Assembly: GCA_045106455.1 (NCBI GenBank)
Contig: JBGCEL010000037.1
Coordinates: 649-64,648, forward strand
Length of the DNA stretch: 64,000 nt
From: Gammaproteobacteria bacterium
GTDB lineage: Bacteria > Pseudomonadota > Gammaproteobacteria > Steroidobacterales > JBCCMA01
Direction: 5' to 3'
Shown: positions 43,480 through 52,137 of the stretch, in pieces
Numbering within the stretch: the stretch's first letter is position 1
How the letters are laid out: every line of letters begins with the position of its first letter
Notes under the pieces: generated by a model
The model's database searches: none
Seen by the model: the letters and a program-made list of their open reading frames with translations, nothing else
What the model was told of the DNA's origin: nothing
Made by a program: the position numbers and the translations under genes

Positions 43480-44447
43480 GGTGCCGTCGCCAAGTGCATC
43501 AGAACTCGTGAAAGCAGTTTGCCGCTGCGCGTCAGGTAGTCGAAATCCACGGTCTGGTAGGTGTCGGAATTCCGGTGTCGATGGGGCGTATAGTCGCCGC
43601 TACTGAAAGATTCAGACAGGCATACCGAATCGATGCCGAGCCGCCGAAAAGCCAGGTGATCGGAAGACTGGTAGCGCACGCGCTGCAAGGGGATATTCAA
43701 TTCCTCGGCGTAGCGCTCATAGAGGACGGCAAGTTCAGCGGTTGGAATTTCAATATCCATGGCCCGATTGCCATCACTGTCCCAACCGGCCATATCGACG
43801 TTGTGCATTGAATGCACTCGCACACCTTCGCGGAGCAGTTTTTTCGCATAGTGTGAACTTCCAATGCCGTCATCTTCTTCCTGATCAAAGAGTACAAAGT
43901 CAAAGTGAAAACGACGTGCCGGCAGTTTCAGAATTGCTTGTGCAGCGGCCAAGACAATCGTGATGCCTGAGCCGTTGTCGTTGGCACCCGGGCTGTCATA
44001 GACCGTATCGTAATGTGCGCCCACGACGATGAGCTCATTGGTTTCTATGGTCGCCGGGATGCGCGCAATAATGTTCGCGCCTGTGTAGGGAGGTAGCAGA
44101 AAATCAAACACCGGGTGCGTGTTGGCGTGTCGATAGGCATCACGCTGCGCTGGCAGCCCGCGCGCCAAAAGTTCTTCGTACAAAAAAGTCGCGGCGTTGG
44201 CGCGTTGCGTTTTCGACGCCCGGGGAACGCCGTTTGGGCCATTATCTTCGAGTCTCAGAAGTCGTTGCAAAAAGGCTTCATGGTGTTCCTTTTGCAGATT
44301 GCTCGTAGCTTGGGCCGTTGCTGGCTGTGAGATAAGAATCGCGACCAACACAACGCCCAGGATGCGGCCAAACGACTTTATCCATAGTGTTTTAGGTAGT
44401 GGTTGGTGAGCTCGGCGTGAACAATAGACAGCGTTATCACTCAGCAT
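43476..44447 (-). CDS. M28-family zinc aminopeptidase
   Basis: The internal ATG (cat 44445-44447) gives MLSDNAV.. followed by a signal/anchor ILGVVLVAILISQPATAQA. M28 metal ligand blocks GAHYDTV, GANDNGSG, FDQEEDDGIGS, MHNVDM and SSDHLAF. The track extension to 44645 is antisense to a hydrolase fragment and judged spurious. Confidence 0.85.
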   Translation of the reverse strand: MLSDNAVYCSRRAHQPLPKTLWIKSFGRILGVVLVAILISQPATAQATSNLQKEHHEAFLQRLLRLEDNGPNGVPRASKTQRANAATFLYEELLARGLPAQRDAYRHANTHPVFDFLLPPYTGANIIARIPATIETNELIVVGAHYDTVYDSPGANDNGSGITIVLAAAQAILKLPARRFHFDFVLFDQEEDDGIGSSHYAKKLLREGVRVHSMHNVDMAGWDSDGNRAMDIEIPTAELAVLYERYAEELNIPLQRVRYQSSDHLAFRRLGIDSVCLSESFSSGDYTPHRHRNSDTYQTVDFDYLTRSGKLLSRVLMHLATAP

Positions 44448-44994
44448 GGCGGCGCGAGCCTCTCTTTGTTTTGTTGAGGATGCGACTGATGAGCGAATGG
44501 CGCCGAAAGAGCGCGAAGCTTTTGAAAAAATGGTAGAGACACCTCGCCTGTTTGCAGCTCTGGCTCGGACGGAAATTAATCCAAAAGCCGCGGTGAATTT
44601 TGCGAGCGAAGCGGAGCTTGGGTCACTTTTTGACAAAGTCGCCAACGATTTTTATCTTTCTCTGGCCGTATGCCCGAGATCCAGCGTCGATGTCGTTTCT
44701 TCTGGATATGGTTTTTGGTCGAATCGGATGACAGGTAAATCTTTAAAGAGTGCCAAAATTGATCCAAAACCAGCGCTTCGAAAAAATTCCACACCTGTTC
44801 TGGTGCTACGCGGTGCGTGCGATTACAAAAATGAAGCAGTGGCCAGAGATTACGCCGACGTTTTCCCCAACTCTGAATTCACCCTTTTTGAAAATGCTGG
44901 CCATATGTTGTTTTGGGAACAGCCAGACCAATACATCTTGACCGTACGGCAATTCTTGAACGACTTGAAACGTAAAGGTCCGCGAGCTCAGTAG
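44446..44994 (+). pseudogene. C-terminal fragment of an alpha/beta hydrolase (N-terminal nucleophile half missing)
   Basis: The 182-aa ORF ends with a typical alpha/beta-hydrolase C-terminus: PVLVLRGACDYKNEAVARDYADVFPNSEFTLFENAGHMLFWEQPDQYILTVRQFL. No HG or GxSxG region exists upstream in any plus-strand frame, because that space is occupied by the M28 gene on the other strand. Confidence 0.55.
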
Positions 44995-45084
44995 TTTCCA
45001 GCTGTCCACAACGCGCGATGGGAATGTCGTCAGAACTAGCGAGTTCGGGGGCTTTGGAGTATTCGCATGCCGGGTCTTACTGCG

Positions 45085-45100
45085 CATAATATATATTATG
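45085..45100. repeat. perfect 16-bp AT-rich palindrome
   Basis: cataatatatattatg reads identically on both strands. It lies in the 237-bp intergenic region between the hydrolase fragment and the convergent gene ending at 45232. Confidence 0.9.
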
Positions 45101-45231
45101 TTAAATAATGCTTACCGCCTCATTGCGGCGCGCCACCAGACTACTTTGGCCTGGTGTATTCCCCCCGGAAGTTAATCACCATTGCGACTAGAGGTTCCGG
45201 TGCCCAAAACGATGTGTGACTGAACTCTGTC

Positions 45232-45759
45232 CTATTTGATTGGCGCCTTAACACGAAACTGGTAATAGCTGGGGTCATCGTGGGCCTTCCAATCGCGCGA
45301 AACTCGCTGCTCGTTGATCAACGTTCGCTGAAAAAGCCGACCCTTTCTGTACCAATGCCAGGTTCGGTTTTTGGCATTGCCGTCTTCAGATACCGTGATC
45401 ATCTCGTAGTAGCGAAAATCGGGTTCGGCGGCCCGCGTCCAACCAACCATGATGGTTCGATTGGTGGCATCCAGTTCGATCGCCCCTGTCCATCCATTGA
45501 TCAGTTCATTATCAATCCAGATGCGATCCTTCTTATAGGTTCCCTCGAAAAACCGAATCTCCTGCTGTTGGTCTGGCCACGTGTAGATATTGGTTTGAGA
45601 GAGTTTCGCTTCGCCTTCGGGGCCGTCATGCAGGCGACAAACTAAACGTGACTTGTGCCTGTCGATTTCGTTGTGCTTCTCGTCCAGATGCACATACTCG
45701 CCCTCCCACACACCCTGCTGGTCGGCGACTATGGCTTGCGTTTCGGCGATAATATTCAT
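45232..45759 (-). CDS. hypothetical protein (possibly beta-barrel, cytoplasmic)
   Basis: The internal ATG (cat 45757-45759) has AGGAG 8 nt upstream and gives a 175-aa product, MNIIAETQAIVADQQGVWEGEYVHLDE... No signal peptide and no recognised motif. Confidence 0.6.
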   Translation of the reverse strand: MNIIAETQAIVADQQGVWEGEYVHLDEKHNEIDRHKSRLVCRLHDGPEGEAKLSQTNIYTWPDQQQEIRFFEGTYKKDRIWIDNELINGWTGAIELDATNRTIMVGWTRAAEPDFRYYEMITVSEDGNAKNRTWHWYRKGRLFQRTLINEQRVSRDWKAHDDPSYYQFRVKAPIK

Positions 45760-45803
45760 GTCTGCTGATCTCCTACCAATCAAATATTTGTGCTGGGCTT
45801 TTT

Positions 45804-46463
45804 CTAAGCAGGCTTTGCGACGCTCAGAAAGACGACGGCGCCAATGAAAATCCAAAGCAACACAAGAATCGATGTCGCTCTGACATAGGTGTGCTTGATA
45901 ACACTATTGTGAGTCGGCGACTCCTCCCCCGCCGCCATTTGCGCCCATGTTTGGAAATGTCTGATTAGAGCGAAGCGAATACCAACGCCGCACGCGATGA
46001 CACCCGCGAAGGCCGCCAGCTTCCAGCGCAACCAAGTCGGCATTGGCCACGTATCGCCCAGTAAACCAATTGCAACGCCGAGCAACACGGCCATCAGAAC
46101 ATACCGGGATGCCCGATCGATGCGGGCCAAGGTTTGGCCAAGCGAACGGTGACGCCATCGATGGACCGCCTCGACAAACAGCAGCCATGCAAGCCCGAAC
46201 ATTCCCGTTGCAAGAACCACAGATTGTCCGCCGGGAATAAAACCGTACGACGCCGCCAGCATCGTTCCAAGTGACGCCTGCAGCACCAGCGCATAGCGAA
46301 CATGCTGATCAACGTGCATGACGTGATTCATGAGTCGATCACGTTCGCAAAAAGGCATGCCGTCAGCGAAGCAAACGAGGCGGTACGTGGAATTTATGAC
46401 AAGCTCGGAGCCAAGCCAGTACCCAAGCACGACAACATGCGCTGTAAGCAACCAGGTAATCAT
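45804..46463 (-). CDS. integral membrane protein, unknown function
   Basis: 219 aa with about five or six hydrophobic helices (MITWLLTAHVVVLGYWLGSELV...). No recognised family. Confidence 0.6.
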   Translation of the reverse strand: MITWLLTAHVVVLGYWLGSELVINSTYRLVCFADGMPFCERDRLMNHVMHVDQHVRYALVLQASLGTMLAASYGFIPGGQSVVLATGMFGLAWLLFVEAVHRWRHRSLGQTLARIDRASRYVLMAVLLGVAIGLLGDTWPMPTWLRWKLAAFAGVIACGVGIRFALIRHFQTWAQMAAGEESPTHNSVIKHTYVRATSILVLLWIFIGAVVFLSVAKPA

Positions 46464-46715
46464 GCGTTGGCGTAACGAATGTGTTCTAGTTTGACTAACT
46501 CGTAACGCGTTTGCATGTAGCCTCCGACTTCGGCTTTCAGCAAAATGTGGTGGCCGTCACTTGCCGCCATCGGGATGCAGATCCACCCGGAAAAACTCTC
46601 GGCCACGTTCCTGACCCAGGCGCTCAGGCGCGTCACTGGTATAGAGCAACTCACCAACCAGACTCTCTATCACTGCACTCATGCGCTGTATCCCGAATTT
46701 ACCCAGAGGAACAAA

Positions 46716-47546
46716 TTACTTGGCCCAGCCTTGCGCCGCCTCGCCCTGCTGCAACGCTCGTACTTCATCCAGATTGGCGGGTGGCATTAACCACATTGGC
46801 TTGACGGCTTTTGCCCACGCAAGGAGTCCTGGTGGGAATTCAGCGTGGCTCTCAACCCGCCAGGAACGCAGATGATAGATCGCCTTACCTGACCCAGCCC
46901 AGTTTGGTAGCGCACCGTATCGTTGCCAACTCATTTGATGGGGCTCATCGATATCGCCACCGGTGTGTATAAAGAAATCGTAGTTTTCCCAAGCTTGATA
47001 TTGATTTCCGTTTGGCAACGGAAAATCCAAAAATACCGACGCTGTAACCGTCATTGTATCGGCACCCATTTTGCCGATACGCATTCCGTCTTCGGACACA
47101 ATTTTTTGAATGCGCTCTCCCACACCCTGCTCAACATCACCGTATATTTTTCCATCCACCATACGATAACTGATGAGTTGGTAAGGATAGGCGATAGGCT
47201 CCACTGGGTTGCCGTTGTGTTCTGAGAGAATGTCGCCGGTGATCGGGTCGGTATAGGCAAACGTCTTTCGAGTAAGTTGCACTACGTCTTCGCCTGAACG
47301 GTCCGGCCAAACTACGGTCGAGCTATCGAAGCCAATCATGCCGAACAGTTTTTCGCCCGATGGATAAGCGTACACGCCTCCCTCCGCTATCCAATGTACG
47401 GGCTCTCCGGTTCCTGCGCGGGCGTCTACCCACTGACGCAGTGGTTCGGGCGCGTTGAGTCTGACGTCCGGCGCGCTATCTACTGCGCTGCTCGAGGCGC
47501 ACGACGCAACCGTAATCATCAAAAGAAAGAACAAAGCAAATCGCAT
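46716..47546 (-). CDS. lipoprotein of unknown function
   Basis: ATG at 47544-47546 (the track starts at TTG 47558) gives MRFALFFLLMITVASCASS, a signal plus lipobox. Weak similarity to the Tat-signal protein at 2391-3338, e.g. the DPITGD/NPITGE region and a C-terminal H..SWQ..G segment. Confidence 0.65.
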   Translation of the reverse strand: MRFALFFLLMITVASCASSSAVDSAPDVRLNAPEPLRQWVDARAGTGEPVHWIAEGGVYAYPSGEKLFGMIGFDSSTVVWPDRSGEDVVQLTRKTFAYTDPITGDILSEHNGNPVEPIAYPYQLISYRMVDGKIYGDVEQGVGERIQKIVSEDGMRIGKMGADTMTVTASVFLDFPLPNGNQYQAWENYDFFIHTGGDIDEPHQMSWQRYGALPNWAGSGKAIYHLRSWRVESHAEFPPGLLAWAKAVKPMWLMPPANLDEVRALQQGEAAQGWAK

Positions 47547-47723
47547 GGCATGCCCCAATGTGCGTTTTTATTCAGTTACTGCCAGGTGGTGCATCAGAAA
47601 AAGACAATCGCTACGCTTATATCCACCACCATTAGTTGTGGATTTATACAACATCTTGTTGGCTTTTTCTGCCGCCTGTCATTAACTGAAAAATGCAACG
47701 AAAAGCCACTGCCACGGTACGAC

Positions 47724-49097
47724 TCACAACGGCAATTTGATATCGGCGATCAAACCTCGCGGCGTATTAGGCTCCAGACTCAGCGCACCATCGTGGCCAT
47801 CGACGATGGCTTTGGCAATCGACAGGCCAAGACCGAACCCGCCCTTTTCGCTCTCGCGTGCTACCGACAGACGCGTAAACGGATCAAACGCCTCCGATAT
47901 ACGGTGGTCCGAAATGCCCGGTCCCTCGTCAAGCACCCGGATATGGATGTGGCCGTCGCCATTGACCAACTCGACGGTCGCACCACCGCCATATTTAACC
48001 GCATTGTCTATGAGGTTTCGAATCGCGCGGCCCAGCGCCACCGGCCGACAGCGATAGTGGACTGGCTGGTCTCCCGAAAACGTGGCGGTCTCGCCGAGCT
48101 CTTCAAATTCGCTGCATTCGCTCTCGATCAGGGCTCTCAGGTCAACATTTTGCTTGGGCTCAGATCTGGACTCGCCGCGCACATAGTCCAAAGCGGACTC
48201 GGTAATGCGCTCCATCTTTTGAATGCTCTTAATGATGTCAGCACGAATGTCTGCATCCTCAATAAATTCGGCTTTGACCCGCAAACCGGTCAGCGGGGTG
48301 CGGATATCGTGCCCCACCGCGGCAAGCATGTGGGTGCGACGCTTTATCTCATCACGGACTTCCCGCTGCATTGTGTTGAAAGAACGAATTGCCTGGCGAA
48401 TGTCGATGGGACCGGTCTCATCGACCTCCTCCACTTTAAGATCACTACCAAAACTCGACGCGGCCTCAGTGAGTTTGGACAAAGGACGCGTTAAGCGTCG
48501 AATAAAAAAGAGCGCGGCGGCGCCCACGAGAAACAAGAACAAGATGATCCGTAAGGTTGGAATCAGTTGGTCGCCGATGAGTTCGAATTTGTGGGCGTGC
48601 ACTTCAACATTGAGCCATTTCCCGCTGTCCATGCGTGCACTAACCACAATGCCGGCCACCGGAAAATCAAACTCACCCGGCTCACATTGCCCGTAGGCGA
48701 AATCATCTTTCGAAAAATCAGCGTAGCTGACGACAATATCGTTCTGGGCTCGCCGCAGCTCTTGGGCGATGAACGTTCGAATGGCATCTGCGTTAGCGGT
48801 GTTCGAATGAGGCCCTAATGGCGCCTCGGAAACTGAAAACCCTTTGTGACAGATCGATGTTGTGGCAACGAACTCCTGCAGTTCCTCGGGCTTGATGCGC
48901 TCTATAATGGGCTCCCTAACCTTGATCGCACTGACTGTCTGATCGCTTTGTGCTTCTTGCTCGACGTTGCGGTGTTGGGAGAACTGGTAAATAATCGCGC
49001 CAATCACAAGCGCGACAAGCGCGAACGCCAAAATAGCAAAGATCTGTCTTTCCAATGTATCCAGAGCCCATCTGGATCGTATGTTCTTCAGGACCAC
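47724..49097 (-). CDS. sensor histidine kinase (EnvZ-like)
   Basis: 457 aa. Two TM helices flank a ~130-aa periplasmic domain. HAMP-like segment. H-box MLAAVGHDIRTPLT, N-box NLIDNAVKYG, G-boxes LDEGPGI and GGFGLGLSIAKAIV. Confidence 0.9.
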   Translation of the reverse strand: MVLKNIRSRWALDTLERQIFAILAFALVALVIGAIIYQFSQHRNVEQEAQSDQTVSAIKVREPIIERIKPEELQEFVATTSICHKGFSVSEAPLGPHSNTANADAIRTFIAQELRRAQNDIVVSYADFSKDDFAYGQCEPGEFDFPVAGIVVSARMDSGKWLNVEVHAHKFELIGDQLIPTLRIILFLFLVGAAALFFIRRLTRPLSKLTEAASSFGSDLKVEEVDETGPIDIRQAIRSFNTMQREVRDEIKRRTHMLAAVGHDIRTPLTGLRVKAEFIEDADIRADIIKSIQKMERITESALDYVRGESRSEPKQNVDLRALIESECSEFEELGETATFSGDQPVHYRCRPVALGRAIRNLIDNAVKYGGGATVELVNGDGHIHIRVLDEGPGISDHRISEAFDPFTRLSVARESEKGGFGLGLSIAKAIVDGHDGALSLEPNTPRGLIADIKLPL

Positions 49098-49810
49098 GCC
49101 AACTCAGCTGAGAATTTGTACCCGCCGCCCCACTCCGTTTGAATGATGGTCGGATGCTTGGGATCGCTCTCCAGTTTGCGGCGCAATCGACTAATCTGAT
49201 TGTCAATCCGGCGATCGTAAGCATGCCCGCTGACGCCACGCGTCAGATCCAATAATTGGTCGCGCGACAGTGTCGCCCCGGCGTGCTCAATAAGCACTAG
49301 CAGCAGTGCATGTTCACCCGAACTCAGCGGCACGACCAGATCGTCCGGGCCCACAATCTGTTTTTGCGACATATCGAACTGCCAGCGATCAAAGCGCACC
49401 GAACCGGTCAGGCGTTCACTGCGCGGCGGCAACATTTGTGTACGTCGCAAGACCGTCTTGATGCGTGCTTTGAGCTCTCTGGGATTGAACGGTTTGGAGA
49501 CGTAGTCATCGGCGCCAAGTTCCAGTCCGACAATTCGGTCCGTGTCATCTTTAAGCGCGGTGAGCAGGATGATGGGTATACGCGTCGACGCCTGCAGTCG
49601 CTTACAAATCGAAAAGCCATCCTCGCCGGGCATCATGACATCGAGGACAATAAGCTCGATATTGGCCTTGGGTAGAATCTTGTCCATTTCACGGCCGCTT
49701 TGTGCCACGCTCACCCGGTAGCCGTTTTCCGACAGATATCTCGCCAACGGACGATGGATATCGCTGTCGTCATCGATAATCAGAATATGTGGCGTCTGGG
49801 TTTCGTTCAT
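49088..49810 (-). CDS. OmpR-family response regulator
   Basis: ATG at 49808-49810 (MNETQTPHILIIDDDSDI). Receiver Asp in LIVLDVMMPGEDG. Winged-helix C-terminus (RIDNQISRLRRKLE..IQTEWGGGYKF). Overlaps the kinase start by 10 nt. Confidence 0.9.
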   Translation of the reverse strand: MNETQTPHILIIDDDSDIHRPLARYLSENGYRVSVAQSGREMDKILPKANIELIVLDVMMPGEDGFSICKRLQASTRIPIILLTALKDDTDRIVGLELGADDYVSKPFNPRELKARIKTVLRRTQMLPPRSERLTGSVRFDRWQFDMSQKQIVGPDDLVVPLSSGEHALLLVLIEHAGATLSRDQLLDLTRGVSGHAYDRRIDNQISRLRRKLESDPKHPTIIQTEWGGGYKFSAELAWS

Positions 49811-50047
49811 AACTCGATAATAAGGCCTGACTTGCACTGGCCCTAGGCGAGCGAAGCGCACGACTAGATTTTTTTGTATCAACTTGTCGCAACCGGGGTG
49901 GTTTCGAACATTGGATACATCATCGCCATTGGGTACATAGCGTACAGCACATATTCTAAAAAATATGACTCACCGCAAGACCAGACGCTATCGACGACAC
50001 ATTGTCACGGGTATCGCGGACCTCGCTTTGCACCCAAAGGAACCATC

Positions 50048-52051
50048 ATGATGCGCTTTTCAACGTTCGTTATTCTGCTATCGACTTTTTTGATGGCGGC
50101 TTGCACCAGCCATTCACAGGCACGCAGCAGTGCTGCGCCGGCGGCTTATGCAATGCCGAACTCACAGGTCGTACCGATCAAGAACAGTCACAATGGCGGG
50201 GAATATGAGCTCTATATCAAGCTGCCAGAAGACTATGCGGAGAATCAAGACACAGCCTATCCGGTCATCTACTACGCAGATGCGGTGTGGCATCTCGAAA
50301 TGCTCTCTGCCGCAACACAATACATGCTGGAAGACGTTATTCTGGTCGGCATTTCCTGGCGACAGGACATCGCCGATGATTTGAAGGAAAAATATGGGAA
50401 CCACGCTAGTCGATTCACCGACTACTCATTCTGGGAGAAAGCTAACCCTAATCATCCCAAACTAATATTTGGCCAAGCTAAAAATCACTTGGCGTTTATT
50501 CGCGATGATGTCATTCGGTACGTCGATGACACCTATCGCACGGAACCGGACAGTCGTACCTACTTCGGCTACTCATTAAGCGGCGCGTTCGGGGCTTATG
50601 CATTGCTGACGCAACCTGAGAGTTTTGACAACTACATTCTTGGCAGTCCATTGGACAGCGGCCTGATCTCCTACCTTGCTGACATTGATTCTGAGCTCGG
50701 CACTTTCGAGGCAAACAATAACGATTCCCTGAATGCGAACGTTTTTATCGCCTATGGCACGTTGGAGGAAGGCGCGCCTGAAGCGACCGACGACTTTATT
50801 AAGGACTTTATTAAGTTACTGGGCAATCAACGAAAACTCGGTCTATCCATACAAACCCAAGCACTTGAGGGCGATCATGAAACCGCTTTCCCAAGGGTTT
50901 CACTGGAAAGTGTCGCGTGGTTATCCAGCCTGATAAGCAAGATTTCAAGTGACGACCCCGAGCTCTCGTTTAGAGAAGTCCCAATTCTCAACAAAGCATT
51001 TATCAGCTCAGCCCCAGAAGATAGGAAAGATGGCATTGCCGTCGGCGCATTGGGTGTCGATGCCGGTGATAAGGAGCGGATTCTAGCTCTGGCACAAGAG
51101 ATTGCAGACCATAAACACGGACGGTTCGACAGTTTTTTGATTGCTCATAAAGACAAGCTGATTTTTGAATCCTATTACGCACGCGGTCGCATCGACCTGC
51201 CCCATTTTCAGGCGTCGGCAACGAAAGCCTATACCGGTTTACTACTTGGCCGCGCCATCCAGTTGGGGTATCTCACCATGGAGGATTTAGACAAACCCTT
51301 GGTTAGCTTCCTCAAAGACCTGGACTCTGCGAAGTTTGTTGATGGTGCAGAATCGATCACCCTGAACCACGCGTTGACCATGCGTTCCGGTATACGCATT
51401 AGTGACGAACAGAAACAAAAAATGGAGGAAAACCCAGACCGATTAAAGGGTCAGGGAGAGGTCCAGGCGCTACTGGAGCATAGCGCCCCGATCACTGAAG
51501 AATCCCAAGTGTTCAAATACGCTGGCGGCCCGGGATTGGTCATGCAAGTGATTGAAGCGGTCGTACCCGGATCAGCACAGGATTTCGCTAAAAGTGAGCT
51601 ACTCGACAAATTAGGCATCGAAAATTATCGCTGGCCCATTCATGAGCCAACCGGTCTGCCGGTATCTGGATCGCGCGCGCAATTGACATCGCGTGACATG
51701 CTTAAGTTTGGCACCTTGGCCAGCAACAACGGTAAATACAATGGCGAGCAGCTGATCCCACAGGCCTTTGTGGGTAAAGCAATCGCCAGAATTCTCACTA
51801 CCGACAGCGACTATGAAGTGCACTACGGCGGCAAAGACGTCTCCAATCAAGGCTACGGGTATTTTTGGTGGAGCGCAGACTTAAACAGCGACCATAGAAA
51901 CTATTTCACATCGTCTGCGCAAGGCGGCTACGGTCAATTCATCATTCTGATCGACGAATTGGATTTGATGGTTGTCTTCACAGCGCATGATAACGAGACC
52001 AATTACCTGCAACTTACTGCCGAGCGGATTCTTCCGGCTTTTATTGACTAA
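50048..52051 (+). CDS. lipoprotein fusing a putative-esterase alpha/beta-hydrolase domain to a beta-lactamase-fold serine hydrolase domain
   Basis: ATG at 50048 (MMRFSTFVILLSTFLMAACTS, signal plus lipobox). The N-terminal half resembles the enterochelin-esterase/esterase-D-type family (YPVIYYADAVWH, nucleophile elbow G-Y-S-L-S-G). The C-terminal half has SxxK S-A-T-K in FQASATKAYTGLLLGRAI. Confidence 0.85.
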   Translation: MMRFSTFVILLSTFLMAACTSHSQARSSAAPAAYAMPNSQVVPIKNSHNGGEYELYIKLPEDYAENQDTAYPVIYYADAVWHLEMLSAATQYMLEDVILVGISWRQDIADDLKEKYGNHASRFTDYSFWEKANPNHPKLIFGQAKNHLAFIRDDVIRYVDDTYRTEPDSRTYFGYSLSGAFGAYALLTQPESFDNYILGSPLDSGLISYLADIDSELGTFEANNNDSLNANVFIAYGTLEEGAPEATDDFIKDFIKLLGNQRKLGLSIQTQALEGDHETAFPRVSLESVAWLSSLISKISSDDPELSFREVPILNKAFISSAPEDRKDGIAVGALGVDAGDKERILALAQEIADHKHGRFDSFLIAHKDKLIFESYYARGRIDLPHFQASATKAYTGLLLGRAIQLGYLTMEDLDKPLVSFLKDLDSAKFVDGAESITLNHALTMRSGIRISDEQKQKMEENPDRLKGQGEVQALLEHSAPITEESQVFKYAGGPGLVMQVIEAVVPGSAQDFAKSELLDKLGIENYRWPIHEPTGLPVSGSRAQLTSRDMLKFGTLASNNGKYNGEQLIPQAFVGKAIARILTTDSDYEVHYGGKDVSNQGYGYFWWSADLNSDHRNYFTSSAQGGYGQFIILIDELDLMVVFTAHDNETNYLQLTAERILPAFID

Positions 52052-52068
52052 AAGCCCCAATCCCGCAA

Positions 52069-52090
52069 GCGTTAACCCGGCGTTAACCCG
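52069..52090 (+). repeat. perfect tandem duplication of an 11-mer
   Basis: gcgttaacccg occurs at 52069-52079 and again at 52080-52090. Each copy contains the palindrome GTTAAC. The pair lies 47 nt upstream of ATG 52138. Confidence 0.9.
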
Positions 52091-52137
52091 TGGTTGCGTA
52101 CCTTGGCATTTCACTCACTGACACATAGATAACCGCC

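Noticed and set aside
44448-44645. N-terminal 66-aa extension of the M28 peptidase ORF
   Set aside because: It is antisense to the conserved alpha/beta-hydrolase fragment and Ala/Ser/Arg-rich with no signal. The internal Met at 44447 is followed by a proper signal/anchor.
47394-48494. 366-aa plus-strand ORF overlapping the lipoprotein and histidine kinase genes
   Set aside because: It is antisense to a kinase with intact H, N and G boxes. The product is Arg-rich with no motifs.
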